Shown here one piece after another: positions 18,586 to 30,100 of a DNA stretch of 63,577 nucleotides (its first letter is position 1; the number at the start of each line of letters is the position of its first letter). This DNA is from a virus (Duplodnaviria > Caudoviricetes). Where the stretch lies: positions 1-63,577 of the IMG/VR virus record IMGVR_UViG_3300032232_000301; one strand, 5' to 3'. A program made the position numbers and the translations under genes. The notes beneath the pieces are model-generated. The model made no database searches. It had not been told where the DNA came from and saw only the letters and a program-made list of their open reading frames with translations.

Positions 18586-20376
18586 ATGTCAGCACAAGAT
18601 GATTTGATTAAGCAAATACTTGCGTCAAGCAATACGTCCAAATGGAGTGGTCAGGGCTATGGCTCAGCCGAAAAGAATGCAGCTGATATGGCCAGAATTC
18701 TGGCTGGCATTGGTATTACCGACATTAAACAGTTTGGCAAAGTTCCACAGTATGCACCCGCACGGGAGGCTTACAAAACTTACAACGGGCAACCTGTTAG
18801 AGATGTTGTTGATGAAGAGACGGGTGTTGCTAAAAGATTTATTGTAGAGCCTGATGGTGGAGTTGACGAAGAAGGCTACCCAACAAGCAGAGTTGTTGAC
18901 ATTCCCAAAGATGCAAAACTTCAATCCGTGTATACAGTGGATGTTGGTCTTGATGAGACTAAAGAAGTTGACGAATCAAAAGTTAAAACCGTAGATGGGA
19001 AGTTGGTAGCCGATACCGGGCAAACAACCTTTGGTAACAAAGAAACAGGTCAAGTAGTTCCAAACACCTATACCGAACGTCAAACAGGTAACTTCTTTGG
19101 TGGAACTTATGAGGGTAAGGGAAACACCGGGTACGGTGTTCAGTTTGATGCTAAAGGCAATCCTATCTTCTACACGCAGGGTGCATCTAGTAGTGACATA
19201 GGGCAGCTTGCGCCGTTATTGACAATGGCATCATTTATTCCCGGCCTTCAGCCTTTTGCTATGGCCGCTAACGCAGCTATTGCTGCAAAGCAAGGTAACC
19301 CGCTTGGTGTGATCACTAACCTTGCGGGCATGGGCGGCCTTGCAGGTATTAGTGGCATGTCTGATATTGCCAATGCAGCTAAATATGCAAACGTTTTAAA
19401 GAGTGGCGATCCTCTTGCTATTTTGATGGCTGGTGCTAATGCAAGTGGAGTAACTGACGTTGGTGGGTTTGACCTTAAAGACATATCTAAAACTATTGGC
19501 GGAGTTAAAGCACTTCAAAGTGGCGACCCATTAGCCATCCTGCGTTACGGCATGAGCGCATTTCCACAGTCTGGTGACGTTTCTTCTGCTTCAGGTACCC
19601 AAAAAGACTTCTTTGATGCTGAAAAAGCGCGTTTAACAACTGCTGGGTATACATCAGACCAGATTAAAGATTACTTTAGAAACTTAGAAAATCTTACCGA
19701 AGATTTAGATTTTGAACCAGAAGTGCCGCCTGTAGATAACGCGCCACCTCCACCTACGCGCTCTTTGGTTGATGATCCAATTAAATCTTTGGAAGAATCA
19801 GGGCTTAAATATCTGCCTACAGACGATGACTTTGTACCTACAATTGAAGACCCTAACAATTTAGTTATTACTGGAGGCCGAGATAAAACGTCTACCTATT
19901 CACCCATAGACGACTACTTCACACCCACCCCTAAAAAACTACAAGAAATAGAAATTGTTGGTAATCTAGATAAAACAAAAGAGCATGTATTTGATCCAAC
20001 GTTTGGCGGGACAATGCCACTTCCCAGTACGGACCCTAATGAACTGGTTATTACGGGTAACAAAGAACCTAAGTATTTGCCAACGGACGATGACTTTCCT
20101 GCTACGCCCATGCCTGCGCCAACTACACCGGGTGCAACCTCAACACCTAAAGCACCCGCAATGCCCAAAGCACCGACCGCGCCTAGATCAGCAGCACCGG
20201 CAGCTTCTTCCAGTATGGACTTAAATGGTTTGTTGGGACTTTTAAGCGGGCAGCAACAACCCGCACAACCAGCCCCTATGCAAGACCCTTATGCCCATAT
20301 AAAATTAATGGAAAATTTGTTTGGGTCAGACATTGATTTAACACCCGCTGGTGGAAACACCCCACAAAGGAAATAA
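18586..20376 (+). CDS. Probable ejection/internal virion protein 1
   Basis: Position; Gly/Ala hydrophobic helices (three G[ND]PL repeats); Pro-rich acidic C-terminus. Confidence 0.6.
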   Translation: MSAQDDLIKQILASSNTSKWSGQGYGSAEKNAADMARILAGIGITDIKQFGKVPQYAPAREAYKTYNGQPVRDVVDEETGVAKRFIVEPDGGVDEEGYPTSRVVDIPKDAKLQSVYTVDVGLDETKEVDESKVKTVDGKLVADTGQTTFGNKETGQVVPNTYTERQTGNFFGGTYEGKGNTGYGVQFDAKGNPIFYTQGASSSDIGQLAPLLTMASFIPGLQPFAMAANAAIAAKQGNPLGVITNLAGMGGLAGISGMSDIANAAKYANVLKSGDPLAILMAGANASGVTDVGGFDLKDISKTIGGVKALQSGDPLAILRYGMSAFPQSGDVSSASGTQKDFFDAEKARLTTAGYTSDQIKDYFRNLENLTEDLDFEPEVPPVDNAPPPPTRSLVDDPIKSLEESGLKYLPTDDDFVPTIEDPNNLVITGGRDKTSTYSPIDDYFTPTPKKLQEIEIVGNLDKTKEHVFDPTFGGTMPLPSTDPNELVITGNKEPKYLPTDDDFPATPMPAPTTPGATSTPKAPAMPKAPTAPRSAAPAASSSMDLNGLLGLLSGQQQPAQPAPMQDPYAHIKLMENLFGSDIDLTPAGGNTPQRK

Positions 20377-20378
20377 TT

Positions 20379-22499
20379 ATGGATGAAATTAATTGGGACG
20401 ACACGGGCTGGGATAGCAATGCCCGAACTCAACTTAATGACTATCTTGGAGGTAGTACAGGTAACACAAATTACGGTGACGTTGATCCTCCTTCAACCGG
20501 TATAGGTGGTCCCGGCACGTCTTACACACAGAACCCTGATGGTACGGTAACCGTCAACCCTGACACTGGCGGTGGGTATGACACTACGCCTACAAGCGGC
20601 CTTCCAAGCGGGCTAGGAAATATTCTTGGTTCTTTGTTTGGTGATGGTAAAGGCGGCCTAGACCTTCTTAAACTGGGCGCTATGGGCGGCGGTTTGGCGG
20701 GCCTGCTTGGTGGAAACAAGTCTTCATCCACACCTTCTGGATATCAAGGCAGCATCCCTAAATACACTGCAACACGCAACATGGTTACTGCGCCCGAAGC
20801 AGGTCGTCGGCCCGGTGCTGGTGGCACTCGTTACGGTGGTGATGTAACGTTTGCACCCAAAGGCTCAGTGCCTACCGGCGGCGGTATTGCTTCTTTAATA
20901 GGTAGTAATCCTGTTGGTGGTAGCGTTGCTTCTTTGATAGGTAGTGGTCTTGTTGGCGGTGCTGCTCCAGTAGCCTCAAACCCCGTAGCGCCACAAACCC
21001 CCGGGCAAAGGGTGGCTCAGGACGATCCATTCTATCAATCGCCTGAGTTCAAAGCGTACCAAAACGATCAAGGAGGCGCACTGCATACTATGGATATGTA
21101 TATGTCCCCATACTTTGGGTCGGTTAGCTCTGGTTCGGCAGGCCGCGCTATGGATAGAGCGTACGAACAATACAAAAATAAAACCGGTGGTGGCGCTCCT
21201 ACGCGGTCAATTAGTCAGCAATATGCTGATGTTTCTGCGCCAATGAACGAGAATCAAACTTTTGCAGAAGGCGGTTCAACTGGTCGTTATTTACAAGGCG
21301 AGACTGACGGCATGGCCGACGAAATCCCAGCGCAAATTGGTGAAGACCAACCAGCGGCGCTTAGTCACGGTGAGTTTGTTATCCCTGCCGATGTGGTGTC
21401 CCATCTAGGCAATGGCAACTCTGATGCAGGCGCACAAAGGTTATACGACATGATGGACAAAATTCGCGAAGCTCGTACTGGTACAAAAAAGCAGGGTAAA
21501 GAAATTAACCCCGACAGCTTTATGCCCGGTGGTTTGGCCAAGGCTTACGCCGCTGGTGGCGAAGTTAAAAAATTCAACACTGGTGGTGTATCTGGTCTTG
21601 GCACTGCGGCCAATGCAGGTGTGACTGGCACTGAGTCTAATCTATCTAATTGGGTTGGCCCCTATGTGACTGACATGCTTGGCAAAGGTCAGGCTCTGTC
21701 TGAGATGCCGTACCAAGAATATGGTGGCCCTTTGACCGCTGGCGCATCTGGTCTGCAAAATAAAGTGTTTGGTGGGTTACAGAACACAAACTTCCCCGGA
21801 AATTTAGGCCAAAGCTTTAGCTCCACTGGCGCATACCAACCACCTCAAATGAGCATGGATGCGTACAAAACAACGCCTATTGGAACTGGTTCACAGCCCG
21901 GCGCTACTCCGCCTGCTGGTATTACAGGCGCATCTATTGCCCCTACGCCCGCCCAACCACAAGGTATTGCATCGCAGTATATGAACCCGTACTTGCAGTC
22001 TGTGCTGCAGCCCCAGATGGAAGAGTTGCGTCGTCAAGCTCAAATTAACAACATGAGCGGCATGGGCGCATTAACCAAATCCGGCGCGTTTGGCGGTGGT
22101 CGTCAGGCCATTATGGAATCCGAAGCGGGCCGTAACTTATTGCAAGAACAGAACAAAACAATTGGCCAAGGGTACGCAAACGCGTACGACAAAGGTATGC
22201 AACAGTTTAATACTGAGCAAGGTCAAGGCATGGGTTTGGCTAACCTTATGGCTGGTCAAGGCGCGGTTGAACGTGGCATTGAATCTGAAGGCATTGCTGC
22301 TGACAAAGAAGCGTTTGAAGAAGCTAGGGCAAACCCTTATAAGATGGTTCAATACCAACAATCGTTACTTAGCGGTTTACCATTAGCGTCGCAGAACATT
22401 AATACTGCTCAACCTAGTACGTTTCAACAAGTGTTGGGTGGCGCGGGTAGCGTAGCTAGTCTGTTGAACACTCTGGGCTTGGGCCCTAAAAAAGGTTAA
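20379..22499 (+). CDS. Probable ejection/pilot protein 2 with FAxGG...GEFV domain
   Basis: YMNPY...GAFGGGR pilot-protein-like region; FAEGG...ADEIPA...LSHGEFVIPADVV. Confidence 0.65.
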   Translation: MDEINWDDTGWDSNARTQLNDYLGGSTGNTNYGDVDPPSTGIGGPGTSYTQNPDGTVTVNPDTGGGYDTTPTSGLPSGLGNILGSLFGDGKGGLDLLKLGAMGGGLAGLLGGNKSSSTPSGYQGSIPKYTATRNMVTAPEAGRRPGAGGTRYGGDVTFAPKGSVPTGGGIASLIGSNPVGGSVASLIGSGLVGGAAPVASNPVAPQTPGQRVAQDDPFYQSPEFKAYQNDQGGALHTMDMYMSPYFGSVSSGSAGRAMDRAYEQYKNKTGGGAPTRSISQQYADVSAPMNENQTFAEGGSTGRYLQGETDGMADEIPAQIGEDQPAALSHGEFVIPADVVSHLGNGNSDAGAQRLYDMMDKIREARTGTKKQGKEINPDSFMPGGLAKAYAAGGEVKKFNTGGVSGLGTAANAGVTGTESNLSNWVGPYVTDMLGKGQALSEMPYQEYGGPLTAGASGLQNKVFGGLQNTNFPGNLGQSFSSTGAYQPPQMSMDAYKTTPIGTGSQPGATPPAGITGASIAPTPAQPQGIASQYMNPYLQSVLQPQMEELRRQAQINNMSGMGALTKSGAFGGGRQAIMESEAGRNLLQEQNKTIGQGYANAYDKGMQQFNTEQGQGMGLANLMAGQGAVERGIESEGIAADKEAFEEARANPYKMVQYQQSLLSGLPLASQNINTAQPSTFQQVLGGAGSVASLLNTLGLGPKKG

Positions 22500-22508
22500 G
22501 GAATTACT

Positions 22509-24101
22509 ATGAACGGCGGAATTGACCAACTCGTAGATACCTATAAGGTTAACCCCCAACCCTTACAGGCCAAAGTGGAAAAGGCCCAACAAGGACAGCC
22601 ACCGGGTGAGATTCCCGCTGACTTGGAAGAAGCATTAGCGCTTCAAGAAATTGCCGAACTACGTAATAGTGCGCAAGGTCAACAAGCCATGCAAGTGGGC
22701 GGCGCTCAACAGTCCGTTGTAGACAAGCTGCGTCAAATGCTGGGCGGTATGCAGCAGCAAGCTCAAATGCAAGGCCAACCCGTCATGGCGGCTAGTGGTG
22801 GTAGTCTTGATCAACTTATGTCTAACCTTGGCCAATATTATGCTGGCGGCGGTATTGTTGCGTTTACCAGTGGCGGTAGCATGCCCTTATCAGGAGAATT
22901 TAGCGGTTTTGGTGGGGAAACTCCGGAGCAAGAAGCTAGAACCGAAGTTCGGGGCGCAGAAGAAAAGCGTGCTAAAGAGATAGATGCCTTAGAAAGAAAA
23001 GTAGCTTTCTTAGAGTCTGCTGATGCTAAACAAGCCCCAGAAGCACGAGCGCAGTTGGAAGCACTAAAGGGCGGTACGAAACCAAAGCCGCCTCCAGCTC
23101 AACCTGACACGAGTACAACCAAAGCTCCAGCCGCACCTGCCGCTAAAGTACCACCTACTGCAAATATTAATCCGCCCGCTGCTCCAGCTAAACCCGTTGC
23201 AGAACCAATGGATCCTATGGAGAAAGTTATTCGCGATAGCATTATGAAAACCATGGCGCAGGACCCAGATGCGGTGCGCAGAAAAGCCATTGACGCTAAC
23301 AGACAAGACATGGGCTTAGATGCGTTGCTGAAACCTATGCAAGACCGCGTCGCTACTCGCGAAGCAAGGATTAAAGAAATCCAAGACAGCCGTCAGCCGC
23401 TGTGGATCGATGCGTTGATGTCTGCTAGTAAGCCCGCTAAAGGCGGCATTGCTGGTGTTCTTCAGAACATGGCCGTAGGCGCTATCTCTGGAAAGCAGAA
23501 CTACGAAGTTGAAGACCTTAAGTTCCTTGATGAACTTAACAAGCTCAGCTCTGAGATTGACAAAGCCAAAATTGAAGGTCGCTACAAAGATGTGGCTGCT
23601 GGTAAAGAGGCTGTTAAAGACCTTATTGCTGATAAGAAACAAGCGGAAGTTTCGGGTACTAGCTTGCTCAATACCAAAGAGAACGTACGAAGCCGTGAAC
23701 AAATTGCAAGAGATGCCGCCGCTGGTCGTGCCCAAACTGCTTCTGCGCAAGCTCAAAATGTAGCGCTCGCCCGAGAAGAAAGAATACGGCAGTTTAATGA
23801 ATCTGAGTTGCGTAAGATACGCGAGAAGGATGTTGATCGCGCTAATAAGATTGAGGCAGCAATTGCCAAACGTACGGCCATGATCGACATGTCATTACAG
23901 TCGCCTAAGCTTAAACCCGAAGACGAAGCCGCGTTACTGGAGCGAAGAAACGCTATTGTCAAACAGGTCCGGGCGGAGTATCCTCCTATTAAACCTGAGA
24001 AGCCTTCAGAAAGTCAGTTTCTTACAGCGGCCCGCGCAGCCAACCCCGGCGTAAGCGATGCAGATTTGAAGGCGTACTACAAACAAAACTACGGATCCTA
24101 A
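22509..24101 (+). CDS. Probable ejection protein 3
   Basis: Helical/coiled-coil protein with AASGG, YAGGG, FTSGG. Confidence 0.6.
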   Translation: MNGGIDQLVDTYKVNPQPLQAKVEKAQQGQPPGEIPADLEEALALQEIAELRNSAQGQQAMQVGGAQQSVVDKLRQMLGGMQQQAQMQGQPVMAASGGSLDQLMSNLGQYYAGGGIVAFTSGGSMPLSGEFSGFGGETPEQEARTEVRGAEEKRAKEIDALERKVAFLESADAKQAPEARAQLEALKGGTKPKPPPAQPDTSTTKAPAAPAAKVPPTANINPPAAPAKPVAEPMDPMEKVIRDSIMKTMAQDPDAVRRKAIDANRQDMGLDALLKPMQDRVATREARIKEIQDSRQPLWIDALMSASKPAKGGIAGVLQNMAVGAISGKQNYEVEDLKFLDELNKLSSEIDKAKIEGRYKDVAAGKEAVKDLIADKKQAEVSGTSLLNTKENVRSREQIARDAAAGRAQTASAQAQNVALAREERIRQFNESELRKIREKDVDRANKIEAAIAKRTAMIDMSLQSPKLKPEDEAALLERRNAIVKQVRAEYPPIKPEKPSESQFLTAARAANPGVSDADLKAYYKQNYGS

Positions 24102-24104
24102 TTT

Positions 24105-27100
24105 ATGGCCATTGTTGACCCTTTCAGAAGCCAACAAGCAGGCGGGATCATTGATCCGTTTAAAGTACGAGAAGAACGCGAAGAGCCCGCTGAATCCGAG
24201 GTAGAGAGAGCTTTAAGGAAATCCACAATCGGTAGTGAACTAGTTCGCGGTGGCAAGCAAGCATTCTCATCCGGACGTACTGGTCTTGAAAGTATTTTTT
24301 CTCCCGAAGAGGCTGCTAAAGCGGGCGTTGCCCGCAGTGAGGCTATTGCTAAAGAAGCTGGCGAGGGTGTTAGCTTTGACGCAGTTAAGAAAGCGTATCA
24401 AGACAAGGGCCTGCTATCTGCAGCGGGCGAAGTCGCATCGCAGATCCCCCGTGCATTGGCTGGGCAGGGCGCTAACCTAGCAACCATGGCAGGTGGTGCC
24501 CGCCTTGGCGCTATGGCAGGTTCCCCGCTTGGCCCAATGGGTGCAATTGGCGGCGGTATTCTTGGCGCTGGCGCTACCCTACTGCCGCAATTTATGGGCG
24601 CTAACGTTGAGCGTCAAGCTGCTGAGCAAATGGGAGCCGGTCAAGACGTTAGTATTGATCGCACAAAAGCCTACACAGGCGCTGCCGCACAAGCCGCAGT
24701 AGAAAGTGCCGGTACTGCGCTCGTACTGGGTAAACGAGTTGTTAAAGGTGTTCTCGGTATTGCAGATGACGCCGCTCTTCAAACTGCTAAATCTCAAGCT
24801 GAGTTAGTTAAAACTGCTGGACGCTCATTAGCTGCCGCTACAGGTCGGGGCGCTGTTGGTGGTGTGGTTGAAATACCTGTTGAAATAAGCCAGCAAATTA
24901 TTGAACGCTACCAAGCTGGGTTGGACTTAATGTCCCCAGAAGCGTTCAAAGAATACGGTGAGTCTGCGTACCAAGCTATTTTAGTTGGCACTCCGTTAGG
25001 CGGTGCTGGTGGGGCTTTTGGGCGTGGCTCAGCCCGTAGGCAACTTGAAGCACAGCAACAACCCAAGGAAAGTTTAGAACGTGAGACACCGAGCTGGGTC
25101 AAGAAGGATCTTGAAGGAGAGACAGATGTTGTACCACCTATCACAGAACCAAGTGGAGAAAGCACTAGCGTGGTTAGCGAGCCCGGTGCAGGAGTCCCCA
25201 CCGAGGGAGTTGGAGGCACTGAATCAAGTAGAGTGGTTTCTACTGGGCAGGATGTTGACGGCGCTGCAACAGGAGCGCCAGCAAGCCCCGGTGCATTAAG
25301 TAACCTTGCGGAGTCGTATAAAAATCTTCGCGACGAACTTGTGCCTTTGTTAGGTGGTGGTATCCAGACATCTGACAAGACAGCACAGATTAAAGCGGGT
25401 ATGCGCGACCTCAACCGAATGGTTGATGAGCACGCTGCATTGATCAATGATAAAAATCTGATCAAGCAGCTTAAAAACCCAATGTTTGACGGTACTAACA
25501 TTCTTGCTGCGCTAGCATCACAAGAACAAGTTAGTCAGCCCCTTGCCATGCAGGGTAACTTGTTTGGGAAATTCCTTAACGGTTCTCGTGCCGCACAGCT
25601 TGCGGTTTCGTATACAGGTAGCCCACAAGCGGCCATCAAGTTTCTTCAAGATAGAAAGCAAAAACTTCTTGATGACCTAGCAAGCGGTAAGCTTGACGCA
25701 GCTTGGGCGCAGGGTATCGGTGCCCGCTACGGCATGACTCAAGGTGAGTCCGTTCAAAACTACCAGAAGGTTGCTGAGCTGTACACACAAAGCGCTGTTG
25801 CTGAAGTGGACGAGGCGCTTGATCAAGTGTCTAAACAGGTTGATGCGCCCAAGGCTATGCAGAGTAATCTGTTTGGTGAGGGCCAGTCTAAGGATGAGGA
25901 AGTTAAACCAATTGCTTCTGATGCTGAAACCACCGACATGTTTGGAGTTGATAAAACGCCCGACATTGGCAACCGTGACGAGAACCTGACCTTTGAGAAC
26001 CAAGCCCAGTTTGATGCTTATCAAGCAAGACTAAAAAGATCAGCCGCAGCTGAAAAACGTAACAAAGCACAGGCTGGTGTTGTATCCCCAACGATGACGC
26101 CGCAGGAGCGTCTGGACGTATTGACTGCTAGGGAAGCCGAGCTTGCACGCAGCCTACAAAAATCAACCGAAGAATACAACAGCCTAAACGACTTAGCAGC
26201 TAGACCCGTTGAGGAAAGAATTCAGCGCCCAACTCCTGAAGCTCGTCAAAAAGCCTACGACATTGCTAAAAGCTACGAGCGCAATTTGGCATCTGTGCGT
26301 AAAGATATGGAAGCCGCCCAAGTTGAAGCGGCAGCCGTTAAACCAGCGCCAGCAGCCCCTGCTACAAAAGTAGCACCAGAGCAAGTGGACATGTTTGGTA
26401 AGTCAGTCGAAACCGCTGCGCCCGTTGAGGAAAAGCCTAAGAAGGCTGAGAAGTCTCAGAAGCAGGAAAGAAAAGAAGCCAAGCGAGTCGCAGACGAAAT
26501 GCTGGCCGAAGAAAGAGAACGCAAAGCTGAAGAAACTTCGTTGCTTGAAGACGCGGAAGAGTTTGCAGCCGAGCAAAAAGACGAGTCACGTCTTACTGAC
26601 GCAGAGGTTGCACAGCAAGCCGCAATGGATGAGCAACGCCGAGAAGTCAAAGAAACAATTAAGGCCCCCAAAGAAGATACTGAGCACGTCTTTGAAACCA
26701 AAGAAGCTAAACTTATTAAACGGTTCTTGGATTTTATTAAGCCCGCAACAAAGCCCGGCAGTGAAGAAGCGCAGAAGCACACTTCATTAAAAGACGTCAT
26801 CTACAAGATGCTAGCGGGCTTTGATATCGTGAAGCCCGGTGAGACCACGACCGCCGGAATGCAAGGTATCCTTGGCTACCTGCAAGATACGGCTGGCGGC
26901 AAAGCCAACTTTGAGAAGTTAGTAGACTACTTAGAGACCGCCGAGTCTGCAGCGCAGTCTGATGTGCTGAAGGAATCTGGGTTCCCTGATCTCACAACCC
27001 GCCGTGGTATGGAGACTTTTAGCAAGGACGTCAAACGCTTTATTAACTCCTTGGGTGCTGAGAAACTGGGTGGCCAAGGCGTCAAGATCCCCTTTGCCAA

Positions 27101-30100
27101 ACTGCCATACGAGACTGAAGTCACAGGCACGACCAAGAAAGCCGTAACTCCGCCCGTCACGCCCAAGGGTGAGTTGCGCAGACCCTCGATGAAGCAAGAG
27201 GGTAAACCTTATAAGATCAGCGATACCAAACTGCGCGGTGCTTGGACTACTCTGAAGCAGATGTTCGAGAGCCGCTCAGATGTTAGCCCTGAGATGGAAG
27301 CCGCCAGAAACTACATCACAAACCCATCGCGTAAATCGTTTGGCTTTGTGCTTGCAGATTTGGCCCATGACATTGCAAACTGGGATGCGTTCTTAGAAGC
27401 CAAGTACGGTATGCGTGCTGCGGATGTTAAGGAGATGACGCCCGCTGAACGTAACAAGTTACCGCAGACCGAAGCACAGGCAAAGATGAAGACTGACTTT
27501 GGCCGGAACGCTACGTTCTACGGCGAAGGCGGCGTGTATTCTGAGAACTTCCAACGTTGGATCGAGCAGAATCTAGATGCCAAAACTGTTGCTGCACTTA
27601 ACAACATGGTTGCTGATGAACGTGCAAACTTGGAAGAGGAATCTAAGTTTGATCAAGCAGTAACTGCTTATAGGGCAGAGATCAAACGTCGGCAGGCCGC
27701 TAGCGCTGAAGCAAAGATCAAGAAAGCAGAAACTACTTCCGGTGTAAAGATCCCCCGTGCACCAAAACAAAAGCGTACTCGCAGTGAGGTGGTCTTTGAT
27801 ATGGAGACCCAAGGTGATGAAGCAATCACTGAAACCCCAGTCGATCTACGCAACATCCCTACAAAAGCAAAACTGCACCCGTCAGTTGTAAGGGCGCTCA
27901 AAGGTGGCGACCTCAAGGGTGCGCTTGAGATTCTTGCAAACACCAAGGCCGAGGGCTTCTACAAACATCTAGCTCAACGTCTGTTGGATGCCAAGCTTAC
28001 CGCCAAGGTCAAAGTTGTTCCTAAAGACAGCATTCAGTCTTTAAGTAATGACCCAAAGATCAAAGAAACACTGGAAGCCCAGATTCGTGCGTTGGACGAG
28101 ATGGTACGCGCAAGCTTGCCTGAGTCACAACAAGATGAGTTAATTACTGGTCTGCGGTCTAAAAATCTGTACGACGTCGCTGCTGCAGTTGAAGAGTTAC
28201 AGACTGCATTCACCAACCCATCTCAGCAGCAAATTGTTGCCGATACTGTGCAGTTGATGAACGAAGAGTTTAGCTGGTTTGGTAAGTATGATCCTGCAAC
28301 AGACACTATCACTTTGCGTGAGGGTTCGCTAGATAACAACGTCCTGTTGCATGAAGCCCTGCATGCGGCTACGTCACATCTGATTGATAACCCAGATAAG
28401 CTGCAAGGCGTTCGCAAAGAAGCTTACAACCAGCTGTTGGATTTGTACAACCACTCCAAAGGTATTTTGTCTAACTCACAGTTAGGCATCAAGCACATCT
28501 ACGGTTTAAATAACTTGCACGAGTTTGTATCCGAAGCGATGACAAACCCAGAGTTCCAAGCCATGCTGCGGGCGATACGCTACAAGGCCGCTCCGTACTC
28601 ATTGTGGAACGAGTTTACGACTGCTATTAAGAAGCTGTTTAAGGTAGAGTCCGACGTAGACAGCGATGTATTAGTTGAAGTCATGAAGGCTACCGATGCT
28701 ATGGTTGCGGGCCCCATGTCCATCGACAGCATGAGTGTTAAGTCAACGCCAAAGGCAATGGCAAAACAGATGGTCAAGGCTGTGCCTATTGGCGCGGTCA
28801 ACACACCTGCGGCTATCAATAAGTTGATGACATCTAGGTCATGGAACGAAGTCAGGAGTACGTTCCCAATTGCGTTTAGCAGTGCAGCCGCGAGTGCCAG
28901 ACCCGCTATGCTTGGTGCATTGACCTTACGTCAGATTAGCGACCTTGTACGCAACCGCATTCCGCAGGTGCAGAGTTTCATCCGGAAGGCCGAGGATTTC
29001 CTTGCCCGCAAAAACGGCATCCTGCAAGAGTCCGGCGATATTGCCAAGCGCTGGGAGCGTATACAAGCAAGAGACCCAGAGACGTCTAGAACAATTGCAC
29101 GGGTTATGCATGGGGCTACGATCTTGGAGATTGATCCAGACAAAACACCGATTTCAAAACTCAAGGCATTAAACCCTGAACTGGCGGCGGATTGGATTAA
29201 GCTCGACCCAACGGCTAAGCAAATCTACAGAGACGTGCGTGATTTCTACGACCGCCGCTACAGTGAGTACAAACAGTTAATGAACAAGCGCATCATCATG
29301 ATGCGTAACTTAGGTGTATCCGAAGCAACTATCCTTGAAATTCGCAATGAGTTTGAGAAGAACAAACGCAAGGGGCCTTACTTCCCGCTGATGCGTCATG
29401 GCCGTTTCTGGTATCAGATTGGCGAGGGTAAGAAACGTGAATACTACATGTTTGAAACCCAAGGCCAGAAAGAAATGCACATGGCCGAGCGGGTTGCGAA
29501 GAACCCAGAGCTCGAGGATTCAATTAAGCAAGGTTCAGAGTACGCCTCACAAATGGACTTACATGCTAAACAGTCTTTGTTCTTAAAGAACGCGTTTGAA
29601 GCTATTGACAGCGCCACTTTTGCGGGTAAGCCGATTGATATCGATTTGCAAAAGCAAGAACTAAAAGACAGCATCTATCAGAATTTCTTGGCCAACCAGC
29701 CAGAGCATAGCTTCCGTAGTCAGTTCATGCACCGTAACAACGTGGCAGGTTATTCTGAAGACGCGCTGCGTAACTTCTCATCCTCGTCGTTCCATATGGC
29801 GTACCAGCTGGCACGCTTTGAGTACGCGCCCGAGCTGTTTAGTAGCGTGCAGGCCGCTCGTGCGCAAATTAAAGATCGTTTTGATGCTGGCGCAAAAGCC
29901 GATGTCAAACTGTCTCGTGAAAACACAGAACTCAGTGACTATGTGACTGAGATGGATCGTCGCTTGAAGTTAATGCTAAACCCAACAAACGTTGGTACGC
30001 TCCCATCACTGCTGTCCAACATTGGTTTCGTTTGGTATCTGACTGCCCCTGCATCTGCTATCGTCAACGTGTTGGGCGGCATGATCATCGGCCTACCCAC

